Origin: Candidatus Microgenomatus sp.
GTDB lineage: Bacteria; Patescibacteriota; Minisyncoccia; UBA6257; GWB1-50-10
Direction of reading: 5' to 3'
DNA: 64,000 nt
NCBI GenBank assembly: GCA_020724805.1
Contig: DYGI01000001.1
Span: forward strand, 175,157 to 239,156
Of the stretch, positions 36,894-46,509 are shown piece by piece. Each line of letters opens with the position of its first letter. The stretch's first letter is position 1. The position numbers and the translations under genes were made by a program. The notes beneath the pieces are model-generated. The model was not told the DNA's origin. It did not search any database and saw nothing but the letters and a program-made list of their open reading frames with translations.

Positions 36894-38527
36894 GAATTGA
36901 TTTCCCCTTCGAAATACTTTAAGAATTCTTTTTTAGCCCTGTCATACCTGTCACCCCATCCCTTTGCGCTCTGCAGTTTTTCTTCAAGGTCAAGCATGAT
37001 TTTTGTGGAGGTGATGACGGAATCGATCGAGTCGCCCGGTTCATTGTTAGCAATTTTACGCGCGATAGTTTTGTACATATCCTTGTAGCTTGTCGGCTTT
37101 AAAACGCTCGTTTTTCTTATGATCCGGTTGGCGTCTTCGGAGATGTAGCGGGTGGCATCCAAAATCCTTACAATCTTTCCCGTCACTTTCAGCTCAACAA
37201 CATCTTTGGGGCCAACGCGCGGACTGCCTTTTTCGCTAAAGGTTGAGGTTAACGTGGCGCCGTTCTCCAGTTCTATCCACGTGACAATGGTATTATCGCT
37301 TAAGAGTTTAAGGTCAAAATTCTTCGGTTTGCTGAAGTTATTGAGATACAAAAAGTGGTCGATCTGATGGCACGCATTCGCATAAAAGGTGCTACGGGAA
37401 ACTGGCCAGTTGTACCAGAAGAATTCCGGTTGTTTTAACTCATAAACAATGGAGTTGTAGAAAATTGGTTCGCCGTATCGTACCCCTAGATCTTTCAATG
37501 CCCATTTGTTAAAGGGGCCGTAACGTTTTTGAAAACCGATAAAGAGGCGAGGACCTGATTTTTTGAGTGCCGCTTCTAATTCATTTAGTTCCTCGTAATC
37601 ATTTACTACCGGCTTCTCCACCAAGGCGTACGCGCCTTGATTAAGGGCATGAATAGCGAGGAGCGCGTGGAAATGATTATAGGTTGCTATGAAGTAAGCA
37701 TCTGCTTTCTCATCTTTTCGCGGGATAGGATAAGAATCCCATTTTTGAATTCTTTGCTCCAAAAATATTTCCGTAGGGTCAATCTCATGGACCGTTTGTA
37801 TATCCACGAAGGGGCGCGTGTACGGAATTATGTTGATTTTGGCGTAATTGCCGTAGCCGAACAAAATCCCGGTTTTTTTGCCGCCCTCTGCTTTAGGAAG
37901 GGAGCCCTTTATCTCCGAGATAGGCTTGGAGTTTGTGGCATCAATTATCTCCGCCGTAGCCCAGTCAGTATTTTTGAGTTCTTTAGCTACACCATCCTCA
38001 ATTTTTTCTTCGGTCTCGGGGGAAATCGCCACGCCGGAATAAACACTCCAGGCGCGAAGTTCTTTCCACCAACCGTTCTCCGTCTTTTGGCCCGATAGCG
38101 GCACGTGTAGAATTTTGTCAGCACGGATCTGGGGTAGATCAGAGTGATCAACTTTAAAAATAAGTTTTTCGGGCAAGACGATTCTTTCTGCGAGTGCCGG
38201 GTGCCAAGGTGCCAAAAAGCCGACCAGATCTCCGACGGGAAAGCCGTTGTCTTCGGCAGTCTCAATAATCTCTCCAAAACCGCAAGAAATATACTTTTCG
38301 TTCCGATAATCCTCGCGGAGTCGTGACCAGGTCTTGTAGAACGTTCCTTCAAATCCCATTACGGGAAAGTAGTTCCAGAGCAAACGCAAACTTTTTGGCC
38401 GTATATGATATACGTTCTCCAGCTTTTCTAGATTCTTGAAACCTAAAACTTTTATCCGGTACTCCTTTCGGTTTTTGGGGTAATCCACAAAACCATCCCG
38501 CCACTTTTTATTGGTTAAAATTCTCAT
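36890..38527 (-). CDS. Gfo/Idh/MocA-like oxidoreductase with N-terminal extension
   Basis: GYGNYA, VEKP, GFQKRY.P, CH.ID. Confidence 0.65.
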   Translation of the reverse strand: MRILTNKKWRDGFVDYPKNRKEYRIKVLGFKNLEKLENVYHIRPKSLRLLWNYFPVMGFEGTFYKTWSRLREDYRNEKYISCGFGEIIETAEDNGFPVGDLVGFLAPWHPALAERIVLPEKLIFKVDHSDLPQIRADKILHVPLSGQKTENGWWKELRAWSVYSGVAISPETEEKIEDGVAKELKNTDWATAEIIDATNSKPISEIKGSLPKAEGGKKTGILFGYGNYAKINIIPYTRPFVDIQTVHEIDPTEIFLEQRIQKWDSYPIPRKDEKADAYFIATYNHFHALLAIHALNQGAYALVEKPVVNDYEELNELEAALKKSGPRLFIGFQKRYGPFNKWALKDLGVRYGEPIFYNSIVYELKQPEFFWYNWPVSRSTFYANACHQIDHFLYLNNFSKPKNFDLKLLSDNTIVTWIELENGATLTSTFSEKGSPRVGPKDVVELKVTGKIVRILDATRYISEDANRIIRKTSVLKPTSYKDMYKTIARKIANNEPGDSIDSVITSTKIMLDLEEKLQSAKGWGDRYDRAKKEFLKYFEGEINS

Positions 38528-38596
38528 AAATTTCGTTTCAATATATCAAACTCGTCGCAATTTAGCAAAATCGAAGTGTTGATTATATCCCTTGGT

Positions 38597-40516
38597 CTAC
38601 GCGAACCATCGGTCGTACCACAAAGAAAGCGTGACAAGGTTCCAGAGACGGAATGCGGAAGAAGCGTCGCCTGCGTGGTGTGATTGTGCCATTGTTTCTA
38701 CGTAGCCATAGTCGAGCATTTTCTGGTTTCGAAGTTTTGATGAAAGGATTATCGAAAGAAGCGCTTTCGAGGTTTTTGTGCCTGGCGTGAACCAATGTGC
38801 CATTGGGGTCCAAAACCCCTGCTTTTTGCGCCAAATAATTTCGCTCGGGATAATTCCCTCAACAGCTTTTTTGAGAATGTATTTAGATTCACCCCCCCTG
38901 ATTTTAAGTGAAGTGGGGATATCGAATGCAAGCTCCACGAGGCGTGTATCCAAAAACGGTACGCGGCCTTCCACTGAATGCGCCATGGTCATGCGGTCGG
39001 CGCGGGCGAGAAGCAGTTCAGGAAGGCGATGTTTCAGTTCGGTGTAGGTGAGGCGCGCGAGGAATTCTTGGCGGGAAGGTGCTTTTTCCATTTCGCGATA
39101 CCACCCGTCGATCACTTCGTAGCTCGAACGGTTATTAAGAAGTTTGGCGAAGTCAGGCGTTATTAGTTTTTGTTTTTGGAAATCGCTCCAGGCGATTGCA
39201 AGTCCCCAGAACGGTTCTTGATGTTCCGCGAGCCGCCGGAGATACTCCCTTTGGAAATCGAAGCGGGGATGATGGAGTAGGACGCTCGCGGAAAATACTC
39301 CCTTACGTACCAGTGCAGGCAGCTTTTCGAGCCATCGCCACCACCGTTCGTAGAGCCGGACCGCCTGAACATACTGGCCATACCCAGTAAAGAGTTCGTC
39401 TGCACCTTCGCCTATCTGCACCACAATAACTCCATTCTCCCTCGCGAGCTTTGAGAGCCAGTAGAGCGGAATTGAGACGTGATCCCCGTTCGGATCGTCG
39501 AAGTGGTAAGCATGGTGAGGAAGGTATTCTTCCAGGTGCTTTTCGTCGATAAGAATTTCGTGCGTGCGCGCGCCGAGCCGTTTCGCCACTTCTCGGGAGT
39601 AACGGAACTCACTTAAATTTTGGAATCCTTTAGAAGCGACGGAGAACGTTTCCACGGGCCGCCCCAACACTTCGCTCATGATTGAAGCGTTCGTGGAAGA
39701 ATCAATCCCGCCCGAGAGAAAGCATCCGAAAGGGACGTCGGAAACCATCTGGCGGCGGATGGAGTCGCGGAGAAGCGAACGAACTTCGTCTATGTATTCA
39801 CCTTCTGTTTTGGGAGTTTGTCCTGAGTTTGTTGAAGGATTCCAATACTCGGTTTCATTGATAGTTCCTTCGGGAGAAACGATAAGCATATGTCCCGCAG
39901 TGAGCTTTTTAATGTCGCGAAAAAGAGTGTGCGGTGCCGGAGAAGCCGAGAAGGTGAGAAAATGCGATACTCCTTCTTCATTCAATTCACGTTTTATATC
40001 TGGGTGCGCGAGAATGGCTTTGATCTCGGAACCAAAATAAAGACTGCCGCCCTCCACGCAATAGTAGAACGGTTTGATGCCCATATGATCCCGTGCGGCA
40101 AGAAGTGTTTTTCTTTTTTCATCCCAAATAACGAATGCAAACATGCCGTTCAGGCGCTTCACGAATGCAGGGCCCCACGCGAGATAAGCATTCAATATCA
40201 CCTCTGTGTCGCCTTTCGAGCGGAAAGAGTAACCAAGAGTCTCGAGTTCTTTTTTTAACTCCTGAAAGTTATAGACCTCCCCGTTGTAGGTTATCCATGC
40301 ACGTTCCTTCGCATCGGTCATCGGCATGTGTCCGGCGGGTGAAAGGTCTATGATTTTCAACCGACGTGTACCGAGGCCCACCTTCCGGTCGGGCGAAAGA
40401 TATACTCCGGCGTCATCGGGGCCGCGGTGTACGAGTGTGTCACGCATGGCGATGAGTGTGCGCTCATCCACGCTTTTTGAATTTTTAAAGTGATATATCC
40501 CTGTAATGCCGCACAT
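38597..40516 (-). CDS. asnB: Asparagine synthase (glutamine-hydrolysing) family amidotransferase
   Basis: MCGI N-terminus, HRGPD, LSGGIDSS, GEGADE, EGRVPFLD. Confidence 0.92.
   Translation of the reverse strand: MCGITGIYHFKNSKSVDERTLIAMRDTLVHRGPDDAGVYLSPDRKVGLGTRRLKIIDLSPAGHMPMTDAKERAWITYNGEVYNFQELKKELETLGYSFRSKGDTEVILNAYLAWGPAFVKRLNGMFAFVIWDEKRKTLLAARDHMGIKPFYYCVEGGSLYFGSEIKAILAHPDIKRELNEEGVSHFLTFSASPAPHTLFRDIKKLTAGHMLIVSPEGTINETEYWNPSTNSGQTPKTEGEYIDEVRSLLRDSIRRQMVSDVPFGCFLSGGIDSSTNASIMSEVLGRPVETFSVASKGFQNLSEFRYSREVAKRLGARTHEILIDEKHLEEYLPHHAYHFDDPNGDHVSIPLYWLSKLARENGVIVVQIGEGADELFTGYGQYVQAVRLYERWWRWLEKLPALVRKGVFSASVLLHHPRFDFQREYLRRLAEHQEPFWGLAIAWSDFQKQKLITPDFAKLLNNRSSYEVIDGWYREMEKAPSRQEFLARLTYTELKHRLPELLLARADRMTMAHSVEGRVPFLDTRLVELAFDIPTSLKIRGGESKYILKKAVEGIIPSEIIWRKKQGFWTPMAHWFTPGTKTSKALLSIILSSKLRNQKMLDYGYVETMAQSHHAGDASSAFRLWNLVTLSLWYDRWFA
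39816..39840 (-). repeat. REP-like repeat in frame within asnB (NPSTNSGQ)
   Basis: atccttcaacaaactcaggacaaac on the minus strand. Confidence 0.55.
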
Positions 40517-40519
40517 AAG

Positions 40520-41995
40520 TTATTCCACCGAAAGACCACGCCTTTTTATGACCGAAAGTAGCTCAGAAAGAAGCGCGTCACGGAGAAGATGAAGAGAGGC
40601 AAGGTAAACCGCAGCGCCTATCGCGATGGAGAAAACAACGTGAAGCCCCACAAGGTCGGATAGGAACACCGCTCCGGCCATTATGGCAGCGGAGGATACA
40701 ATGCGCGTAAGGTAAGGCAGTATCTTGAAGTCGAGGATGCGCCGCGAGCGCCACCACATGAAACCGTTATAGAGCGTTTGCGAGCTTATAGTGGCAACAG
40801 CAGCTCCCATAATGCCGAAGGGTGGGATGAGAATGAAATTCAATCCCACGTTCAGTACAGATACGCCGAATATAGCTGGCGCCAATTTCCCATGCTGGTC
40901 GTGTGCAAATATAAAATTTCCAAAGAATGCCCCAGGAAAGACCACGAGGACGGTAAGTATGAGAATTTGGAATATGAACGCCGAAGGGGCATAGTCAGCA
41001 CCGTAAAGAAAGGAAATAATGGGGGAGGCGAGAAGTACGCCGCCAACCGCGAGAGGAACCGCGATGAGAAAGACGATCCCGAGTGCGCGCTCCAGAAGGG
41101 CTCTCTCTTTGTCGCGGAGGCCTTGCCCGATGAAGCGAGCCAATGCGGGGAAAATGGCTCCTGAAACGATGCCCGAGATGGTGTAAAGCACCTGAACTAT
41201 CTTTTGTGCGGCCGAATAGAAGCCCACGTCGGAAGCGCTACGCCACCATCCGAGCATTACAAGGTCAACATTAAGCATAAATGCCCCTACGAGCGTGATG
41301 AGCGCCATAGGGATGGCGGCTTTTGCAATAGGACGTACCAGTTCATGTGCGAATGATCGAAGAATAGTCGAGAACTCTCGGCGCAGGATGAAGATCGAGA
41401 CAAATGCTCCTGCCGCTGCGCTCAACACATAGGAAGCGGTGAGCGCGCCCGCGGTAGCGGAATAGGCGAGCGCGGCAAATCCCGCCCCCGTGATGACCAC
41501 GTTGGTAGTGGTGGTGACCAACGCTTCGAGCTCCATTTTCTCTTTTGCGCGGAAAAACGCATTTCCGAATTCACGAAGGCCGTCGGCTATCGCAAGAATA
41601 GCTACAAAAGGAATGAGAGGAAGAGCCGCTTCTATCTTTGAGAAATGAGGGGCGACGAAAATGATTGCGAGCGCGGTAAGCGCGAGGAGCGCAAATTTCA
41701 TCCAAAATACAGTCGCAAAATATCGTCCGCTTTCTTCCGGTTTCTTAGCGACCTCACGTGTGAGAATGGATGTTACCCCGACATCAGCGAAGACAGTGAA
41801 AAACCCGGCAAGACCAAGCACATATGAAAATACTCCATACTCAGCCGCGCCAAGGATGCGCGCGGCGTAGATAATAATGATTGCCCGGATAAGGCGACTT
41901 CCTACCTGGCCGACGGAGAGCCACACTATATTTTTTACTACCGTCTGGCGCGTGCCCGCGTTCGTGAATAAAAGCTCTTTAAGTTTTTGCACCAT
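40520..41995 (-). CDS. Wzx-type oligosaccharide flippase
   Basis: KN..W, ARILG..YG, D..MLG...VG.YSAA, LIP.FGI.GAA.AT; about 12-14 TM helices. Confidence 0.9.
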   Translation of the reverse strand: MVQKLKELLFTNAGTRQTVVKNIVWLSVGQVGSRLIRAIIIIYAARILGAAEYGVFSYVLGLAGFFTVFADVGVTSILTREVAKKPEESGRYFATVFWMKFALLALTALAIIFVAPHFSKIEAALPLIPFVAILAIADGLREFGNAFFRAKEKMELEALVTTTTNVVITGAGFAALAYSATAGALTASYVLSAAAGAFVSIFILRREFSTILRSFAHELVRPIAKAAIPMALITLVGAFMLNVDLVMLGWWRSASDVGFYSAAQKIVQVLYTISGIVSGAIFPALARFIGQGLRDKERALLERALGIVFLIAVPLAVGGVLLASPIISFLYGADYAPSAFIFQILILTVLVVFPGAFFGNFIFAHDQHGKLAPAIFGVSVLNVGLNFILIPPFGIMGAAVATISSQTLYNGFMWWRSRRILDFKILPYLTRIVSSAAIMAGAVFLSDLVGLHVVFSIAIGAAVYLASLHLLRDALLSELLSVIKRRGLSVE

Positions 41996-41998
41996 GCT

Positions 41999-43312
41999 CT
42001 ACGAGTGGTTAGTAAAAATATATTTCACAGTTTTCAGGATTATAAGGAGGTCGAGGAATACCGAGCGGTTCTTCACGTAGTAGAGGTCATATTTCAATTT
42101 CTCATACGCCTCATCCAAAGATTTGGAAGGGCGATAGTTGATCTGGGCCCAACCGGTAAGGCCCGGTTTCACCACGTGGCGCATGGCGTAGTGGGGAAAC
42201 TTCTCGTACTCACGCACAAGCCCCACATTCTCAGGGCGCGGACCGGTGAACGAAATATCGCCGCGGATGATGTTCCACAGTTGAGGAACCTCATCTAAAT
42301 GGGTTGCACGCAAAAAGCGGCCCACCGGAGTGATGCGCATGTCGTTCTCCTCGGTCCACAATGGTCCTCCCGCGCCATTCTTCATCGTGCGGAACTTGTT
42401 CAGAATGAACGGATGCCCCGCCTTTCCCGCGCGTTCCGCACGGTAGAGCGCGCCGCCGCGCGAGGTAAGCGCAACCGCAAGCGCGGTGAGGAGCGAGAGA
42501 GGAATGAGTATTACAAAGAGGGCGATGCCAAGCGCAACATCCAAAATCCTTTTTATGCGGTCGTAGAACGGGCGCCGCGGCGAAATGTTCTCAATAAACC
42601 ACTCCTCCGAAAGGTCTTCCAAGGGAACTTTTTCGAATACCGCTTCGTAGAATTCCGAAAGCGGAACGACGTTCACTTCGTAGGGGATGATGCGGTAAAG
42701 TTTGCGCGCGGTTTCTTCGTCCCGCGCGAGAGAAGGGTCAACCACCAAAAGTGCGAGCCCTTTGGTTTCCGCGAGTGTTTTGAGCGTATTCTCGCTTCCT
42801 GTGTCGAGCGTTTCGAAATGGTGTGCGATGCGATACCCGAGGTGAGGGGAACGTTTCACCTCTTCCGCAATTTCCGTGATGCGCGGCGAAGTCCCGACGA
42901 ATACTACCGGTACTGCGGACGCTCGGAACCGCGCGCGGAGCAGTGCGCGCCATCCGTAGGCGAGAAGCAGTATGAGACCAGCGAAGAGTGCAAGGTTCGT
43001 TTTCGGCGTAAGAAGAAAATAGTCGGGGAAAAGATAGAATGCGCCCATGGATACCACGCCCGCAATGACCACCGCGAGCGTGACAGCGCGAAAGAGCACG
43101 AGTGAGGTAAGGAACGTGCGGAGGTGGTAGAGATCGAGGAGGTAGAACGTGAGGAGAAATACGAGGAAAACGGGCAAGAACGGACCGCGGTGTGTGGCGT
43201 ACGAGGCGCCTAATTTGCCCGCCCCGTAACGGACAAGAAGCGCTCCCGCGAGCGCTCCATAGAGGATGAGAATATCCCCCACGAAAAGAAGTCCCTTCTT
43301 CCAGCCTGACAT
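41999..43312 (-). CDS. Polyprenyl-phosphate sugar-1-phosphate transferase (WcaJ/WbaP-like)
   Basis: KRILD, KFRTM, LDEVPQL.N...G..S..GPRPE, KPGLTGWAQ. Confidence 0.92.
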   Translation of the reverse strand: MSGWKKGLLFVGDILILYGALAGALLVRYGAGKLGASYATHRGPFLPVFLVFLLTFYLLDLYHLRTFLTSLVLFRAVTLAVVIAGVVSMGAFYLFPDYFLLTPKTNLALFAGLILLLAYGWRALLRARFRASAVPVVFVGTSPRITEIAEEVKRSPHLGYRIAHHFETLDTGSENTLKTLAETKGLALLVVDPSLARDEETARKLYRIIPYEVNVVPLSEFYEAVFEKVPLEDLSEEWFIENISPRRPFYDRIKRILDVALGIALFVILIPLSLLTALAVALTSRGGALYRAERAGKAGHPFILNKFRTMKNGAGGPLWTEENDMRITPVGRFLRATHLDEVPQLWNIIRGDISFTGPRPENVGLVREYEKFPHYAMRHVVKPGLTGWAQINYRPSKSLDEAYEKLKYDLYYVKNRSVFLDLLIILKTVKYIFTNHS

Positions 43313-43319
43313 TAATTAC

Positions 43320-43354
43320 TAGAGTATAGGGTTTGGTGATTAGGGTCTAGTGAA
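43320..43354. repeat. Single-arm TAGGGnn heptamer array
   Basis: tagagta tagggtt tggtgat tagggtc tagtgaa. Confidence 0.6.
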
Positions 43355-43367
43355 GAAAATGCAGGGG

Positions 43368-43395
43368 TTGACTTTGTGTCGGCAGAACCTACGAT
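43368..43395 (+). promoter_or_regulatory. Candidate sigma-70 promoter, leaderless DsbA transcript
   Basis: TTGACT-N16-TACGAT, ATG 7 nt downstream. Confidence 0.55.
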
Positions 43396-43402
43396 AGTCC
43401 AT

Positions 43403-44230
43403 ATGGATAATCAAATCACGGCCGAAAGCGGAACAAAGAAGCGCGACGTATTGCTCCCCGCGAGCATCGTTATCGCGGGCGTGTTGGTCGCAGGGTCGGT
43501 AATTTGGGCGGTAGGGAAAAATGCGGAAGGACCTTCGCTCGGCGCAGGAATAAACGCACCTGCAGGTCCGGACGTTGCTTCGATGAGTGCGGTGAACGAG
43601 AGCGACCACGTCCGTGGAAGCCGCGATGCGAACGTAGTGATGGTGGAATATTCGGACTTCGAATGTCCTTTCTGTAAAAGGTTTCACGATACGATGAAAG
43701 GCGTGCTTACTTACTATGGTAATGACGTCGCGTGGGTCTATCGGCAGTACCCCATCGAAGGACTTCATACAAAGGCGGTACGGGAATCCGAAGCGTCTGA
43801 ATGCGTCGCCTCACTTGGAGGGAACGATGCATTTTGGAAGTTTGCGGACCGCATTTTTGAAGTGACGCCGTCGAACGACGGACTCGATCTTTCTCTTCTG
43901 CCGGATATCGCGGAGTACGCAGGAGTGGCGCGCAGTGCATTCACCACGTGCCTTGAAGGAGGTACGCACGCAGGGACGGTTGCGGCATCGGTTGCGGAAG
44001 TGGAGCGCTTGGGAATAAGCGGTACTCCCTATATCGTATTCATTTCGAAAAAATCAGTGGACGCCGAGAATTTCAAATTCCTTGCCGAATTGAATCAACA
44101 GTTCGCCCTGCAATACCCGGGACGCCCCGTGCCGTTCGTGGTGGACGAAGAAAGTGGTCGCGTAGGTATGAGCGGCGCTTTTCCCCGGGATCTTATCGGG
44201 CAGATCATCGATGCGTTGCTGAAAGAGTAA
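43403..44230 (+). CDS. DsbA family thioredoxin-fold protein
   Basis: TM anchor, EYSDFECPFC, GTP cis-Pro motif. Confidence 0.9.
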   Translation: MDNQITAESGTKKRDVLLPASIVIAGVLVAGSVIWAVGKNAEGPSLGAGINAPAGPDVASMSAVNESDHVRGSRDANVVMVEYSDFECPFCKRFHDTMKGVLTYYGNDVAWVYRQYPIEGLHTKAVRESEASECVASLGGNDAFWKFADRIFEVTPSNDGLDLSLLPDIAEYAGVARSAFTTCLEGGTHAGTVAASVAEVERLGISGTPYIVFISKKSVDAENFKFLAELNQQFALQYPGRPVPFVVDEESGRVGMSGAFPRDLIGQIIDALLKE

Positions 44231-44234
44231 GCGC

Positions 44235-44399
44235 ATGAAAGATATATTGTGGGCATTTGTGGTGGGAGGCGGATGGATCGCGATATCCCCGTGGCTCCTG
44301 GGGTTTCCCTCGGAAAGTTTTGGCATGTGGAGCAACGTATTGGTGGGCGGGCTCATCGTTATTGGCGCGCTCTCTTTGATTGCCCGGAAGGAACCATAA
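44235..44399 (+). CDS. SPW-repeat small membrane protein (54 aa; absent from ORF track)
   Basis: MKDILWAFVVGGGWIAISPWLLGF...WSNVLVG; SPW motif. Confidence 0.7.
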   Translation: MKDILWAFVVGGGWIAISPWLLGFPSESFGMWSNVLVGGLIVIGALSLIARKEP

Positions 44400-44428
44400 A
44401 GGTCGGAAGCCGTTTGTTGCCAGTTTTT

Positions 44429-44551
44429 ATGTACACGTGTCCTGAGTGCGGCTATGCCTCCGAAGAGAATGGGAAGTGCCCCGCCTGCGATGTGACGATG
44501 GTGCGCAGCGACGAGGGTGAAGTGGAAGAAGAGGATAAGGAGGAGGACTAG
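44429..44551 (+). CDS. Small Cys4 zinc-ribbon protein with acidic tail (40 aa)
   Basis: MYTCPECG.....GKCPACDV; AAAGGTCG leader motif upstream. Confidence 0.65.
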   Translation: MYTCPECGYASEENGKCPACDVTMVRSDEGEVEEEDKEED

Positions 44552-44565
44552 CGAGAATTTTTCAT

Positions 44566-45495
44566 ATGTACGACCTCATCATCATTGGCGGCGGCCCCGC
44601 CGGTGTTGCTGGCGCGATTTACTCCGCCAGAAAAAAGCTAAAGACCATAATCATCGCGGAAACCTTCGGCGGTCAGTCGCTCGTTTCCGCGTCCGTGGAG
44701 AACTGGATAGGGACTACGAAGATTTCCGGGCTTGAACTCGCCGAGATGTTCAAGGCGCATCTCAGGGCGCAGGAAGAATTGGAAGTGAAGGAAGGCGAGA
44801 GAGCGGCTGCGATCGTCGAGAAAGGCGACGGTTTTCTTGTGACCACACAGAAAGGAAGCGAGTACGAGACGAAAACAGTGCTTATGGCGACCGGAAGTGT
44901 GCGGCGCAAACTTGGAGTGCCCGGCGAGCGAGAGCTTGAAGGAAGGGGCGTGGCATATTGTTCCATTTGCGACGCACCGCTTTTTGAAGGGAAAGAAGTG
45001 GTGGTGGTGGGTGGCGGGAACTCGGGTCTTGAAGCGGTGGAGGACCTTCTGCCGTATGCGCGGCACATCACACTTATCCATAGGGGAGATTCGCTAAAAG
45101 GTGACCCGCAGACTCAAGAGCGGGTGCTTGCGGACAAGGGAAAAGTGACGATGGTGTTGAACGCGGAAACGCTCGCGATCGAGGGCGACACGTGGGTGCG
45201 CGGTATCCGGTATCGCGAGAAGGAGTTCGGCGAAGAGCGGACACTTGCGGCGGAAGGGGTATTTGTGGAGATTGGGCTCGACCCCGCGAGCGCGCTCGTG
45301 AAAGAACTTGTGGAAACGAATGCGCAGGGAGAGATAGTGGTGGACCCACGAACGCAGGCAACTTCTCGGAAGGGGATGTGGGCTGCGGGCGACGTGACGG
45401 ATGGGAAATATCGTCAAAACAATATTTCCGCGGGCGATGCGATAAAAGCGGTGCTCCACATTTACGAAAGCTTGCGCGTATCGGGTGTGGTATAA
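44566..45495 (+). CDS. Thioredoxin reductase / AhpF-like FAD oxidoreductase
   Basis: GGGPAG, CSICD, GGGNSG, AAGDVT. Confidence 0.9.
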   Translation: MYDLIIIGGGPAGVAGAIYSARKKLKTIIIAETFGGQSLVSASVENWIGTTKISGLELAEMFKAHLRAQEELEVKEGERAAAIVEKGDGFLVTTQKGSEYETKTVLMATGSVRRKLGVPGERELEGRGVAYCSICDAPLFEGKEVVVVGGGNSGLEAVEDLLPYARHITLIHRGDSLKGDPQTQERVLADKGKVTMVLNAETLAIEGDTWVRGIRYREKEFGEERTLAAEGVFVEIGLDPASALVKELVETNAQGEIVVDPRTQATSRKGMWAAGDVTDGKYRQNNISAGDAIKAVLHIYESLRVSGVV

Positions 45496-45531
45496 TCTCA
45501 ACAACAAACGGTCGAAAAATAAACGCAATCC

Positions 45532-45927
45532 ATGAAAAACAATAAAGTTTTGATCTGGGTCGTAGTGGTACTCGCGGTCGCGCTCATCGGGGTCGTGGGA
45601 TGGCAGCTTTGGGGAAGTGGATCCCCGCTCTACGCGGTATATCTCACCACCGGCGATCTTTATTTCGGGAAGCTTGTGCGCGTTCCGTACTTTGGATTGG
45701 AGAACGTATATCTTCTCCAGGTGAACGCGGCGAACCAAGAAAATCCCGTGTCGGTGCAGAAATTCACGAACGTGTTTTGGGGACCCGAAGACTTCGTGAA
45801 GCTGAACCGGGACGAAGTGGTGTGGATGACGCGCGTGTCGGATGGGAGCCAACTTACACAGGTGATTCGCGCGAACCCCGACCTTATTCCGTCCGCGGCC
45901 GGAGGGTTTCCACAGGTGACGGAATAA
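45532..45927 (+). CDS. Membrane-anchored hypothetical protein
   Basis: N-terminal TM, YAVYL..G..YFGKL; TGnTATAAT upstream. Confidence 0.7.
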   Translation: MKNNKVLIWVVVVLAVALIGVVGWQLWGSGSPLYAVYLTTGDLYFGKLVRVPYFGLENVYLLQVNAANQENPVSVQKFTNVFWGPEDFVKLNRDEVVWMTRVSDGSQLTQVIRANPDLIPSAAGGFPQVTE

Positions 45928-45958
45928 ACTCCAGCAAGGGAATAAAAGAATATCGCAC

Positions 45959-45984
45959 GCCAAAGCCCTGAAAGGGGCTTTTGG
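45959..45984 (+). terminator. Terminator-like hairpin
   Basis: ccaaagccc-tgaaag-gggcttttgg. Confidence 0.5.
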
Positions 45985-46013
45985 TTTCCCTTTTGCTATC
46001 ATGAAAGAGCAAC

Positions 46014-46499
46014 ATGCGCGGAAATGTCCTTCGACCCTTCAATGAGCTCAGGGTCGCCCTGAGTAATTCGAACGGGCGGCGGCATGCGGGACAAGCGACT
46101 CTTTCGTTCATTCTCCTCGTATCCGGAGTTATCTTGGAGGTGGCGATTGCGGGGTCGTTCGTGGCGTACTTTTTCAGCGCGTCGGGGTATGGGGAACGCG
46201 TGTCCGCGCGTGCACTCGCCGCGGCCCGCGCGGGAGTCGAAGATGCGCAGATCCAGATCGCGCGGAACAAGGAATATGGAGGCGGAAACACGGTAAGCTA
46301 TTCGTTCTCGGTGGGCGATGACGTGGCCGAAGTGACCGTATCGCGCACCACCGATTCCGGTGCGAACACCTATGTGTACACGATCACCGCGGTGGGAACC
46401 GCGTTCACACGAGAACGGCGCCTGGTAGCGACCATGGCGGTGAACCGAACCACCGGGGTAGCGCGCCTCCAAGGACTCTCCGAGCAAAGCGTTGATTGA
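46014..46499 (+). CDS. Type IV minor pilin-like (PilX-type) protein
   Basis: G|QA followed by hydrophobic helix, A..AA.AG.EDA motif, C-terminal beta strands; REP-like repeat at 46026-46078 in its N-terminus. Confidence 0.6.
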   Translation: MRGNVLRPFNELRVALSNSNGRRHAGQATLSFILLVSGVILEVAIAGSFVAYFFSASGYGERVSARALAAARAGVEDAQIQIARNKEYGGGNTVSYSFSVGDDVAEVTVSRTTDSGANTYVYTITAVGTAFTRERRLVATMAVNRTTGVARLQGLSEQSVD

Positions 46500-46509
46500 G
46501 CCAGAATTA

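Noticed and set aside
44249-44551. 100-aa ORF from the ORF track
   Set aside because: Better explained as two small genes (44235-44399 in another frame; 44429-44551).
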